From Macrostomum hystrix (lineage: Eukaryota; Animalia; Platyhelminthes), in assembly GCA_950097015.1 (NCBI GenBank), contig CATNEN010000008.1:3224001-3288000 (forward strand): DNA of 64,000 nt, read 5' to 3'. Made by a program: the position numbers and the translations under genes. This document shows positions 24,601-37,765 of this stretch, in pieces; position 1 is the first letter of the stretch, and the number at the start of each line of letters is the position of its first letter. The notes under the pieces are model-generated. The model worked only from the letters and a program-made list of their open reading frames with translations, did not search any database and was not told the DNA's origin.

Positions 24601-27600
24601 AACAGGCTGACTAGTCTACTAGAAAAGTATAGACTGATCAGGATAAATACTCACTCGCCTCTCCCTTAGCCTCACCCGCCTCTCCCTCAGACTCACCCAG
24701 CCTCACCCGCCGCTCCCTCAGCCTCACCCGCCGCTCCCTCAGCCTCACCCAGCCTCACCCGCCTCTCCCTCAGCCTCACCCGCATCTCCCTCAGCCTCAC
24801 CCTCACCCGCCTCTTTCTCAGCCTCACCCGCCTCTTCCTCAGACTCATACGTCTCTCCCTCAGCCTCACCCGCATCTCCCTCAGACTTACCCTCCTCTCC
24901 CTCAGACTCATCCGCCTCTCCCTCAGCCTCACCCGCCTCTCCCTCATCCTCACCCGCCTCTTCCTCAGCCTCACCCGCCTCTCCCTCAGCCTCACCCGCC
25001 GCTCCCTCAGCCTCACCCGCCGCTCCCTCAGCCTCACCCGCCGCTCCCTCAGCCTCACCCGCCTCTTCCTCAGCCTCACCCGCCTCTTTCTCAGCCTCAC
25101 CCGCCTCTTCCTCAGACTCATACGTCTCTCCCTCAGCCTCACCCGCATCTCCCTCAGACTTACCCTCCTCTCCCTCAGACTCATCCGCCTCTCCCTCAGC
25201 CTCACCCGCCTCTCCCTCATCCTCACCCGCCTCTTCCTCAGCCTCACCCGCCTCTCCCTCAGCCTCACCCGCCGCTCCCTCAGCCTCACCCGCCGCTCCC
25301 TCAGCCTCACCCGCCGCTCCCTCAGCCTCACCCGCCTCTTCCTCAGCCTCACCCGCCTCTTTCTCAGCCTCACCCGCCTCTTCCTCAGACTCATACGTCT
25401 CTCCCTCAGCCTCACCCGCATCTCCCTCAGACTTACCCTCCTCTCCCTCAGACTCATCCGCCTCTCCCTCAGACTTACCTGCTTCTCCCTCAGACTCATC
25501 CGCCTCTCCCTCCCCTCCTTGGTTGATGAAAAAGATCTGATCGTATTTCGCATACCAAGCAATCTGACAACAGCGCCAGCGAGTACTTTTATCCCATAGC
25601 AACTCACCGTGGCCCAGTTTGGGCGTTACCAAGTCGAACAGGCCGAGAAAATTCATTTTCTGCAATAATTTCAGCGGGTCAAAGTGATGAATTTGTTTAT
25701 CAGCAGACAAATTATTTAATTATTTAGTTGGGTTAGCGTTGGGTAGTCAGTGGGGTGGGCGTTGGGTAGTCAGTGGGGTGGGCGTTGGGTAGTCAGTGGG
25801 GTGGGCGTTGGGTAGTCAGTGGGGTGGGCGTTGGGTAGTCAGTGGGGTGGGCGTTGGGTAGTCAGTGGGGTTGGTGCTGGGTAGTCAGTTGGGTAAGGTG
25901 TTGGGTAGTCAGCAAGGTGGGTGTTGGGTAGGCAATGAGGAGGGTGTTGGGTAGTCAGTGGGGTTGGTGCTGGGTAGTCAGTTGGGTAAGGCGTTGGGTA
26001 GTCAGTGGGGTGGGCGTTGGGTAGTCAGTGGGGTGGGTGTTGGGTAGTCAGTGGGGTGGGTGTTGCGTAGTCAGTGGGGTGGGTGTTGCGTAGTCAGTGG
26101 GGTGGGTGTTGCGTAGTCAGTGGGGTGGGTGTTGCGTAGTCAGTGGGGTGGGTGTTGCGTAGTCAGTGGGGTGGGTGTTGCGTAGTCAGTGGGGTGGGTG
26201 TTGCGTAGTCAGTGGGGTGGGTGTTGCGTAGTCAGTGGGGTTGGTGCTGGGTAGTCAGTTGGGTAAGGTGTTGGGTAGTCAGCAAGGTGGGTGTTGGGTA
26301 GGCAATGAGGAGGGTGTTGGGTAGTCAGTGGAGTTGGTGCTGGGTAGTCAGTTGGGTAAGGTGTTGGGTAGTCAGTTGGGTAAGGTGTTGGGTAGGCAGT
26401 GAGGAGTGTGTTGGGTAGTCAGTGGGGTGGGTGTTGGGTAGGCAATGAGGAGGGTGTTGGATAGTCAGTGGGGTTGGTGCTGGGTAGTCAGTTGGGTAAG
26501 GTGTTGGGTAGTCAGCAAGGTGGGTGTTGGGTAGGCAGTGAGGAGTAGTCAGTGGGGTGGGTGTTGGGTAGGCAATGAGGAGGGTGTTGGGTAGTCAGTG
26601 GGGTTGGTGCTGGGTAGTCAGTTGGGTAAGGTGTTGGGTAGTCAGCAAGGTGGGTGTTGGGTAGGCAGTGAGGAGTGTGTTGGGTAGTCAGTGGGGTGGG
26701 TGTTGGGTAGGCAATGAGGAGGGTGTTGGGTAGTCAGTGGGGTTGGTGCTGGGTAGTCAGTTGGGTAAGGTGTTGGGTAGTCAGCAAGGTGGGTGTTGGG
26801 TAGGCAGTGAGGAGTGTGTTGGGTAGTCAGTGGGTGGATGTTAGGTAGTCAGTGGGAAGGGTGTTGAGAAGTCAGTGGGGTGGATGTTGGGTGGTCGGGT
26901 AGCTAGGAGGACCCTAAATCCTCACCCTCTTCTTCTCAGGGCTGAGTCCGCCCATGCTGTTGTCCCAGCGGTCCAGAGTGGAAGGACAGAAGTGGTGCCG
27001 CAGGCCGTCCTCGAGGACATCGTCTAGGGACCTGGAGCGGTCCTGCAGGGAGCGAGATGCCAAATCAATCAATTTTAAATCATGAAAGTTGTTCTCAAAG
27101 CATCTCATCTCATAGATCTAATCTCTCACCTTAATGTCGCGGTACCTGCCACGACCCGAGATCGTGTCTGCCCTCCGTCGGTCGCAATCTCTCTTGTAGT
27201 CTTCCAGCAGTGGTTTCTGCACAAAGGGCGAGCTTCCATTTGAAATTGGACAATTTCAAGTTTTTTTGCATGTAAACTACTGATAGTAGCGAATATTTGA
27301 TAGTAATTTTCCAGTCGACTTATTAAGATTATACGCAATTTCTATAATTACTAATCCCCGTTAAAATCAATAAGTGTAAGAGAAAGGAGACATATTGGAA
27401 CATAAAAATAATTAGAAAAATGAATTCAAACACTGGTATTAATAACAGATCATCCGCAATGCGCATGACGACATCAAAAGCTAACTTTTATATAGCAATG
27501 GTCAAGAAAGGTTTGCGGCATTGCGATATTAGAGTACAGATTAAATCATAGAGAATAGAGTATAATGGAGTACAGTAGACTTGAGTAGACTTGAGTAGAG

Positions 27601-28240
27601 TTGGGTTGAGTTGGGTAGAGTTAATTTGAGTAGAGTTGAGAGTTGGGTTGAGTTGGGTAGAGCATAGTACCCAACAGGTTGTAAACAGGAAGTATACCAC
27701 CTTATAACAAGTTTCTTGCAATTAATCTGGAAATCCGGAAAATTCCAAGAAATCGGTGCATTAAAACAATCAAGTTCTAACCTGAGCCTGGTAGATGCGC
27801 ACAATGAGCTTTTCAGCCGATTGCACCTTCGATTGCAGAGTGGGATCTTGCGGACATAAATTAGTGCGCCCAACCAGATTCTGCAACATAGAGAATTCGG
27901 TAGTACCTGTACTCAACTGTAGCTAGTTAATTTGTGTTTCAGCATTTTTAAAGAGATTTTAGTGACAAAAGTATATTTATAAAGGTCATTTGCAGCATCC
28001 GGGTCAGCTAGCTACTGCAAATAGTATGTCTGTGTCCCGATGCCCTCTCACGTACATAGGCTGAAATGGACTCACTAGGAATAATGTATGGCATTTTTCT
28101 TACGGACTAAATTCTTACGGGAAAACATTTAAAAGGCCTGCACTAAGTCCGGTGGAGTCGTGGACTCTTACCCGATGTGTCCGAATAGCGGCGCTCAGCT
28201 GCTCCTGCAAGCGGCGCAGATTCTGTGGCATGGAGTCCAT
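21618..28240 (-). CDS. PHF21: PHF21A/B (BHC80)-like protein; exons 28240-28172, 27880-27782, 27216-27130, 27042-26926, 25659-25608, 23874-23525, 22905-22620, 21817-21618 (419 aa)
   Basis: All introns are GT-AG and phase-consistent (1260 nt). N-terminus MDSMPQNLRRLQEQLSAAIRTHRNLVGRTNLCPQDPTLQSKV resembles the PHF21A N-terminal coiled coil. KMNFLGLFDLVTPK...RKRRPQLVNADY resembles the PHF21 KxAFMxxLGLVT...RKRRxxANPxY block. A Cys cluster and a C-terminal coiled coil (EMENKSLMQEAERWERSLLGQEQRRQLL...) follow. Orthology rests on recalled family motifs, not a search. Confidence 0.7.
21838..22480. repeat. 60-bp CCAAT-rich repeat with 240-bp higher-order period (last intron of PHF21-like gene)
   Basis: 21901-21960 is identical to 22141-22200; following 60-mers also match at +240. 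Confidence 0.85.
23922..24332. repeat. 22-bp intronic minisatellite (GCTGGATTCCTGAAATCTACAA)n
   Basis: Direct reading. Confidence 0.93.
24655..25512. repeat. 21-bp intronic minisatellite (CCTCAGCCTCACCCGCCTCTC)n with higher-order blocks
   Basis: Direct reading; gives the GEAEG/ERRVRLR ORFs. Confidence 0.93.
25735..26895. repeat. 23-bp G-rich intronic minisatellite (GGGTAGTCAGTGGGGTGGGCGTT)n
   Basis: Direct reading; fills most of intron 25660-26925. Confidence 0.93.
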
Positions 28241-29496
28241 GTTATTGGACGGCAAAGGAGAAAAAACTAACTAAGAGCCGAAAATTATGTCAGGCAGAGA
28301 GACAGGCAAACTGAAAGCTAATCGGCGGAAAAATAAAACGGTTAGGATAAGAAAGTAAGTCCTCGATTGCACGCGACCCAATGAACGAGCTGCTCTAAGC
28401 AGTCGCGCTTCAGCTGAAGGGCTAATATTAAAGGAAAGTCTGGCACTAATCAGTAAGCTGTTGTGGGCCCATCTACTTTTTATGGGACAGAGCGTGCGCT
28501 TTGAGGTGGGGCGCGGTCAGCAAGAATAACGAATTTTGAAATGGTCACTAAATTTATATCATAATTTACTTGTGAGCGGCTGTTAGCTCACTACTACTGT
28601 TTCTTATAAACCTGATTTAATACTATACTTTTTTTAACTTAAAAAATTCGTAAACAGACTGCAAAAAGTTCAATTTCGGATCTACTTCGTCACTTGGTCA
28701 AGTAGTATGTGCTGCGCATGACAGTTGGGGGCTGGGGCGTCCTGGTGTTTGGGGTGGTTGTCAAAGGAAATAAGGGCTTGGAATTCTAGTCCGCGTTCAA
28801 CCATTGCTACCATTGCGACAGCCACCTCACCCTCCGCACAGCCCAATCCTTTCTATCCACCCCACCTCCGCTAGATAGAACTGCCATCCAATACGGGCCT
28901 TCGCAGCCACCCCGTATGTTCGTGTGTGTGTTGTATGACTAACTAATATGGACCAAAAAGCTCAAGCTAGCGTTCCCTCTTTCCGAACCCTTGCTTTTGC
29001 CCTGTAAGCGCCCTCTCATCCTCCCTCTCTCATGCGATTTCTCTCGCTGCGACCCTTCCTTCAATATTATTGGCCAGCATGACTTTGACGCAGAGGCCCC
29101 AACAACCTGCCAGTGCCATGGCTGCCTCTGGCTGCAAGATTCAAGCCGCTCTTTGCCCTTAGTTGTGGCCAACCCGGCCGTGCGTCTGCAAGCCGTCGAA
29201 TTTATGATTAAATGCCTCACTGCATGAGATTTGCATGCCGTTGTTGTGTACACCTTTAGTTGGTAAAAGAAGAAAGACAAACTGAAATCGCAACTGAAAC
29301 TGATTTCTCTAGTCATTTTTAACATCATGTGCTGCCGCATAAACAGTAGTCGCGCTTATGAACCTTCACCCCTGCACTATCCAACAAGTCTCATCTCACC
29401 CACATTCCCCGCTCCTAGCGATTTTTCACCCTTAATTCTCATACGCAATGCTACTTCATCTAAGACTGTTTATGATTTTAGCTGATTTTAGCTAAA

Positions 29497-30455
29497 CATT
29501 CCCACTGTCAGGAATGACATTCCCACTGTCAGGTATGACATTCCCACTGTCAGGTATAACATTCCCACTGTCAGGTATGACATTCCCACTGTCAGGTATA
29601 ACATTCCCACTGTCAGGTATGACATTCCCACTGTCAGGTATAACATTCCCACTGTCAGGTATGACATTCCCACTGTCAGGTATAACATTCCCACTGTCAG
29701 GTATGACATTCCCACTGTCAGGTATGACATTCCCACTGTCAGGTATAACATTCCCACTGTCAGGTATGACATTCCCACTGTCAGGTATAACATTCCCACT
29801 GTCAGGTATAACATTCCCACTGTCAGGTATAACATTCCCACTGTCAGGTATAACATTCCCACTGTCAGGTATAACATTCCCACTGTCAGGTATAACATTC
29901 CCACTGTCAGGTATAACATTCCCACTGTCAGGAATGACATTCCCACTGTCAGGTATAACATTCCCACTGTCAGGAATGACATTCCCACTGTCAGGTATGA
30001 CATTCCCACTTGCAGGTATAACATTCCCACTGTCAGGTATAACATTCCCACTGTCAGGTATGACATTCCCACTGTCAGGAATGACATTCCCACTGTCAGG
30101 TAACGCATTCCCACTTGCAGGTATAACATTCCCACTGTCAGGTATAACATTCCCACTGTCAGGTATAACATTCCCACTGTCAGGTATAACATTCCCACTG
30201 TCAGGTATAACATTCCCACTGTCAGGTATAACATTCCCACTGTCAGGTATAACATTCCCACTGTCAGGTATGACATTCCCACTGTCAGGTATAACATTCC
30301 CACTGTCAGGAATGACATTCCCACTGTCAGGTATAACATTCCCACTGTCAGGAATGACATTCCCACTGTCAGGTAACGCATTCCCACTTGCAGGTATAAC
30401 ATTCCCACTGTCAGGTATAACATTCCCACTGCCAGGTATTACATTCTCCCTGTCA
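29497..30455. repeat. 21-bp minisatellite (CCCACTGTCAGGTATAACATT)n
   Basis: Direct reading; abuts the 3' end of the decayed LINE. Confidence 0.96.
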
Positions 30456-30459
30456 AGTG

Positions 30460-32570
30460 TAGCCAGGTTCAAACATCGACGTCGATTGCCTGCTAGCTTG
30501 CTGACGCTGGCGCGGCAGTCGAGGAGGAGGTGCTGAAGAGCCACTGTTTCCAATTCGCAGCGATGGCAGATAGCGTCTGGTGTGAGTCCGATGTGGTGTC
30601 GGAACTCTCAGATTTTGAGCGAGGAGGCTTGTTCTACCTGGCCCGGTCGTCATAAGTGCAACTCCTGTGGGTGGCGGGTGCGCCTTGTAAGAGGGTCTGT
30701 AACCTCTTCGATCAGCGGGATGATTTCGCCCTTCCTCCAGTTCTGCGGCATATCAGCCTGGAAGAAGACTGTGCGGGCGCTTCGAACTGGGGTGAAGAGC
30801 AGGGCCTGGGAGTCAGTCGCGAAAAGGAGCTCGCCAGTTCCTGGCCATTGCATGAGGTCGATGGCTGCTTGCAAACCGAGTATAAGCGCGCGCAATTCTC
30901 AGCCCGAAAAAATTAGGTCAGCTTGCCAGCGGCTGCCCGGAGAAAACGAGGTGGACTTTCATGGTTGAAGAGCACCGCGCCTCCGTATGCAGTGCCTCCT
31001 GAGGCTTCAGAGCTCCAAGTCGGGGGCTACCAGAGTCTTCAGAGCCGCTGCACGTCTGATGTGCGAATGCGATAGTTTTCTTGGCTTCGGAATTGTCTGT
31101 GTGTGGCAGGTTGGCAGGACAGTTGCTATGGCACCATCCTCGCCTAAACTGGCGCCGGAGACGTGCCAGCAGGGTGCTTCTGGCTGCTTTGCTGCGGTTG
31201 GTGTCGGGTCCAAGCCTGCAGTACTTGTCAAAGCGGGTGAGCGAGTCAAGCTTTTCACGGCTCGCGATAGTTGTCAGGCTGTCAGGTTGTCAGGTTTCGG
31301 CGAGGAGGGCTTCGGCTGGAGTGCAGGCGAGCGCACGGGTGATGATGCGGGCCGCGGCGCGCTGACAGCGCTCGAGCTTTTCAATTTGAGATGGTCCTGC
31401 CCAGGGCATGCGGGCTGCTGGGGCGTACTCGAGCACCGGTCTAATGAGTGCGAGGTAGGCGACGCGGATTGTGCTGTTGTCCTTGCCCCATTCCGGGCCG
31501 CCTATTCACCTGAGCAGGCGCTGTCTTCCGGATGTGCTTCGCGAAGGTGAGGCAGTTGTCGTATGTTACGCCGAGGAAGCACGGTTACGGGTTCGTGCGG
31601 AGTTGCGTACCGTTGAGGAAGAGCTCCGGGGCAGCCGTGGCGTCGCTGGGGTTCACGGAGAAGACTCCGACTTCGCATCTGTCCGGATTGGGGCGGAGGA
31701 GCCATCCGTTGCTCCATTTGGCGACTCCATCAAGCGCTGTCTGGAGCTAATTGTGCTGGGCTTCGCTGATGCTCCTGCCATGGCTCCAGACGTCGGCGAA
31801 GATACTGAAGGTGACATCGTCCGGGAAGGCGCTTCGGACGTAGTTTATGTAAATGAGGAAGATAAGGTGCGATAGGACGGCTCCCACCGACCCAGGCTCG
31901 GCGGTTCGCTAGCCAGCTTTGGATCCAGTGGATGAGGCGGGTGTCGATGCCTAGGCTGTGCATTTTACTCAGCAGGCCAGCTCGGCACACTGTATCGTAT
32001 GCTCTGGCGTAGTCGAGCCTGAGCAGCAGCGTTTTAAGCCTGAGTTGGAAGACGTCGCTGATGGCCTGGCTGAGGAGCAGCGCCTGGTCCATTGTTGCAC
32101 GGCCGCTGCGGAAGCCGGCTTGCTCGTTTATAGTGAGCCCACGGCTCTCGAGCACTAACTGGAGGCGTTTGGCAAGAATACGCTCAAACAACTTTCCGAC
32201 TGCTAAGGTCAGGCAGATTGGAGGGTAGGATGGGATCAGCGGGTCTGTAACCTCTTCGAGCAGCGGGATGATTTCGCCCTTCCTCCAGTTCTGCGGCACA
32301 TCAGCTTCAGTCCAGGAGCTCTGGAATAGACTGTGGCATGCGGTTATGGCGCACTGTGGTAGTTCTTTGAGGAGGCGCGGGTGGTACCGGCGCTGTTGTT
32401 GTTCTTGTCGGCTGACTGGGCTGCGATACAAGCAGATATCTCACGAGGCTTGGCTCGCCGAGGTCGCTGCAACGCGGAGCCACAACGACTGCCCCTGGAG
32501 AAGGAGCGGTGTCGGGCTCCTGGTACTCTTTGCCGCCCCGTGAAATTCCTGAGCCTGTTGTGGTTGCTGC
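30460..32570 (-). mobile_element. Decayed I-superfamily (Ingi/Nimb/I-like) non-LTR retrotransposon: RT, RNase H, CCHC finger
   Basis: RT: WRKGEIIPL...GKLFERIL...EQAGFRSGR...LDYARAYDTV; later LIYINY...SIFAD, FLGVTYDNCLTF, LIRPVLEYA; RNase H GLQAAIDL...FATDSQALL; C-terminal HIGLTPDAICHRCELETVALQHLLLDC. Several stops and frameshifts. Confidence 0.85.
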
Positions 32571-32572
32571 TG

Positions 32573-34245
32573 CTGTGATATCTAACAGTAGACTGTGATA
32601 CCTAACAGTAGACTGTGATATCTAACAGTAGACTGTGATATCTAACAGTAGACTGTGATATCTAACAGTAGACTGTGATATCTAACAGTAGACTGTGATA
32701 TCTAACAGTAGACTGTGATATCTAACAGTAGACTGTGATATCTAACAGTAGACTGTGATATCTAACAGTAGACTGTGATATCTAACAGTAGACTGTGATA
32801 TCTAAAAGTAGACTGTGATATCTAACAGTAGACTGTGATATCTAAAAGTAGACTGTGATATCTAACAGTAGACTGTGATATCTAACAGTAGACTGTGATA
32901 TCTAACAGTAGACTGTGATATCTAACAGTAGACTGTGATATCTAAAAGTAGACTGTGATATCTAACAGTAGACTGTGATATCTAACAGTAGACTGTGATA
33001 TCTAACAGTAGACTGTGATATCTAACAGTAGACTGTGATATCTAACAGTAGACTATGATATCTAAAAGTAGACTATGATATCTAACAGTAGACTGTGATA
33101 TCTAACAGTAGACTGTGATATCTAACAGTAGACTGTGATATCTAACAGTAGACTGTGATATCTAACAGTATATACTGTGATATCTAACAGTATATACTGT
33201 GATATCTAACAGTAGACTGTGATATCTAACAGTAGACTGTGATATCTAACAGTAGACTGTGATATCTAACAGTAGACTATGATATCTAAAAGTAGACTAT
33301 GATATCTAACAGTAGACTGTGATATCTAACAGTAGACTGTGATATCTAACAGTAGACTGTGATATCTAACAGTAGACTGTGATATCTAACAGTAGACTAT
33401 GATATCTAAAAGTAGACTATGATATCTAACAGTAGACTGTGATATCTAACAGTAGACTGTGATATCTAACAGTAGACTGTGATATCTAACAGTAGACTGT
33501 GATATCTAACAGTATATACTGTGATATCTAACAGTATATACTGTGATATCTAACAGTAGACTGTGATATCTAACAGTAGACTGTGATATCTAACAGTAGA
33601 CTGTGACATCTAACAGTAGACTGTGATATCTAACATAGAATAACTATAACTATGGCGTGATATATCTAACAGTGGGCTGTCATATCTAACAGTGGGCTGT
33701 CATATCTAACAGTGGGATGTCATATCTAACAGTGGGATGTCATATCTAACGGTGGGATGTCATATCTAACAGTGAGATGTCATATCTAACAGTGGGATGT
33801 CATATCTAACAGTGGGATGTCATATCTAACAGTGGGATGTCATATCTAACAGTGGGATGTCATATCTAACAGTGGGATGTCATATCTAACAGTGGGATGT
33901 CGTATCTAACAGTGGGATGTCATATCTAACAGTGGGATGTCATATCTAACAGTGGGATGTCATATCTAACAGTGGGATGTCATATCTAACAGTGGGATGT
34001 CATATCTAACAGTGGGCTGTCATATCTAACAGTGGGCTGTCATATCTAACAGTGGGATGTCATATCTAACAGTGGGCTGTCATATCTAACAGTGGGCTGT
34101 CATATCTAACAGTGGGATGTCATATCTAACAGTGGGATGTCATATCTAACAGTGGGATGTCATATCTAACAGTGGGATGTCATATCTAACAGTGGGATGT
34201 CATATCTAACAGTGGGATGTCGTATCTAACAGTGGGCTGTCATGC
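32573..34245. repeat. Two adjacent 20-bp satellite subarrays (GATATCTAACAGTAGACTGT)n then (CATATCTAACAGTGGGATGT)n
   Basis: Direct reading; switch near 33640-33665; shared core ATATCTAACAGT. Confidence 0.96.
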
Positions 34246-37200
34246 TAGTCAGGCAACCAGGATTGCAATCTAACAGTCTACCAAAGATTTGTGCCTTCAG
34301 AAAAGTATTGGCTTCAATCAAGGACCAGTAGGAGTAGAATTGGACGGGAAAAAACGTTTCTTAGAAAATGTTTAGGAAGCTGGTTTTCACCGAAAGATAC
34401 GAGTACAATACGGAAATGAGAAATTTCAAATGTTGTCCCTGAATTTGATTGGGCTAATCACTTTAATTTGTTTCCTTATTTATACTTGTAGTTTCAGCGA
34501 CTTCTGTCAAGCTTTATTTGTGACATCAATTTAATATTCTTCTTTATTTTCTCTTTTACGTGCTACAGATTGCCTGACTAAAATCGATAGCACAATCTAT
34601 TGACCTACCTGACTTTAAAATTGTTAGGCTAAGTGGTGCATATTAAGTTTTGCTCTTTAAATCGTAATGATTCTGTGGAAATCACCTAGGATGTTACAAT
34701 ATTACAGAAAGAATGATGTAGTTTTGTGCTTTTATGCATTATTCTCAGTATATTAGAAAATTAATTTAACACTGCAGTAAACTGTCTTCGTTAATGAATT
34801 GTATTTTGCTTTTGTGCAATGTAACCATTCCCCCTCGTTTATCGTTAGCTGAACGCTGAACGTGTACGCTCGTTCTAGATCGATCTCGTTTGTCAATATC
34901 GATTACCTTCCTTCTAAGTCGCCTCCGTCAACTCACCTCGCCTCGACTCGTGTTCGCCTGCGCAACAGATTAAATGATGCAGGCCACATCACATCTGCAG
35001 CAGAAAAGCAGACTTGTAGACTATTTAAATTGAACATGCAGTACGTTCATCGATCTTAGTTCATAAAAGGATTTGACTACTGCATTATGCTCTATTCGGT
35101 TCATTATAGCGCTTGTTCCTTTTGAGAGTGACAGCATCGAGGCTGTCTCTCAACAGCTAGGTTAATCCAGAACCAGGTAGTCGCTGAGGGAGCCTCATGG
35201 ACTTTAGCGGTTGGTTAGCCTATAATCTCACCACCAGCATGGATTGGTTTTGTTGTTCTTCGGTAGTTTTGCGGCTTTGACTATCTCCCTGCATAACTCG
35301 CTGCTCAGATTTTCGTTGCCTTTCCAAATTAAATTCTCAACCCAAAAAGCGTACGGTCAGAGGTTGGCAGTTTTATCTTCGCTTTGAACAGCCCTCTTGA
35401 ATTTCAATATTTAATCCAAGGAATACTTTAGTATAGCACAGTCTAGTTATAACTACAACGATCCTTGATTTAATCGAACAACCGTTTAAGAGCTTGAATC
35501 CACAAGATTCAGATTCAGTTCATGCCCATAAAGTAGGCAATAAAAATACACATATAAAAATATTTATTAATGGCTGAAGTGTCTATTGATAATTAATAAA
35601 AGGAAAACGGAAGAGAATTTTCTGAAAAGCATGTTGGGGTTTATGCTAACTTTTTCGCTTCGTTATAGCGTGGCTTCGTTATAGCGTGTGGAGAACTTCA
35701 AATTTAAATTCTTGACGTTTCCGAATTCGCAGGAAAATATACAAGAAAGACATTAAGTATTTATATGAAACACGGTCTGTCTGTTTTATAATCTGCATTG
35801 ATTTTTGTGGCCCTAACGAATATATTGTTTCACATATAAAATATTCAAAAAATTCTTCAGGAACTAATTGATGCGGCTCCTGTTTTCTGTTTCAAGCTTA
35901 TTAAAAATACAGAAAGCGCATGCAAATTCACGTTCTTTGAAAAGGACAAAAATACTATTATATACTGTATGATTGCAAGTTACTTTTTTCAGATAGCTAA
36001 CAATATTTTGGCGTTAGTATGTCTATTCGACATGAATGTTTTATCATATTTTAATTTTTTGTGGGTTTATATCCTTCTGTAGGCCTGTATTAATAAAATA
36101 ACTATGATTTATTAATACTGCAGTAGCTATGACATGAATAATAAAGGCTATCTTCATATATAGATTACATAGTCATAGATAGATAATTAAGCAGGTGGTG
36201 TGCACATGGATGTGAAAATTTTGGTTTAGGTAGATGGCTACCAAGAGTGATCAATTTCTCAATTAAAATTTCATTATTTAATTTGAGATAGTGACAAATT
36301 GTTATGTCTGCAAATATGGCAGTTGATGAAAAGACCAAACTAGTCCAAGTCATATAATTAAAGCCACTGACATAGAAATGACTTTGACACAACTGTTCAT
36401 TCACTCTTAAGAAACTTGAAAGTAAAAAACTGATAAATGCCTTTGTGGATAGATATTCCCCCCTACCCTAATGGTGGATTATTGGTGGATATGCCACTAA
36501 TGGTTAAGTATACAGTTTTTAATTGTTGCAATTTAAATAATATATAATCAAAGTTGCAAGTATGTTTAAATAAAATGTGATATTTCTATAGGCCTATAAT
36601 TAGTAAAGCAATAAGTACACCAATTTAATCAAAGATGATGTTTGCACAATTTCTCAAACAAAAAGTTTTTTTCATAAGGGCAAATATTATATAGGCCAAA
36701 CATTGCAGGACTAATGCAAACTGGACAAAAATTTGAATACAGTTAGGTATCATCTTTTTAAATATGTTTTTGTAGTTTTTAATAGTTTTTTGGGGGAAAT
36801 TTGTCACAGGTGAACGGTCCGTTACAGGTCATCAAATTACAGGTGCCATTTCCCTAAAAAAGTCAGGTTTTCAGAAATCACAAAAAGTGATTCAATTGAC
36901 TATATTGTAAAGTGCATCAAATTACAGGTATAAATTCCAAAATGCAGAAAGATGCAATCGTTTGCATAAAATTCAACAAATCTATCCCCTTTTAACTATT
37001 CAATCTGACTTAACAACATCATTCCATACCGATCAATCCCATTCTAGCAAATAAGCAGAAGAGAAGACTGGCAACACATTGAGACAGTTCGGTTACTAAT
37101 CAGACGAAAATGTTGTTTTTGTGAAAATGATTACATTGCATAAAGATTAAGTATTTTTATTAAGATGACATCCGAAAAAACTTTGCTTAAGACACAGGAT

Positions 37201-37765
37201 CAATGGCCGAAACACATCTCTGTAGAAGCAGAATATATTAATTAATGTCAATGATTCAAAACACTTTGTTCAAATCAATCTACCAATACCTAACTCCAGC
37301 TACTCTTGACATTAAAGCAGGTGTTTGGATTGGAGGCATCAGATTTTTTGCACTTCCACATTTCTTGTGTGCAATTTTTTTTCATATTTCCTTTTAACTA
37401 TAAAATTTCCTAAGGATTTTCTTTTTAAAGACCGGAGATGAAGAAAAATAGCACGCTTTAAGAGCAGGTCGCATCTGCAAGAACTGGAGATGGAGAGAAA
37501 AAAGGCATGCTTTAAGATAGAGATTTCAATAGCTCTTCGACCAGAAACTTGTCTACACCTGGCTGCTGCTGCTCCACTTCACAAATAATATAGTTGCTTC
37601 AACAAGGAAAACACTGGGACTTGGTTAGACAAAGTCAAGTTCCAAATGGGCACATAAAAATTAGGCTACCGATCAATCAAGAGTTATTTGTTTCGAAGCG
37701 ACAGCTTCTTCCTCTCGGTGCCCTTGATCGTGCTTGAAGCAATTCCTTGCTTTAGCCTTTTGCCC

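Noticed and set aside
24693-25710. Neurofilament-like Glu/Gly/Ala-rich protein
   Set aside because: 21-bp intronic repeat; only 25608-25659 is a real exon, bounded by CAG and GTGAGT.
29488-30553. SGNVIPD-repeat protein fused to a CCHC finger
   Set aside because: Chance read-through from the decayed LINE 3' end into a 21-bp array.
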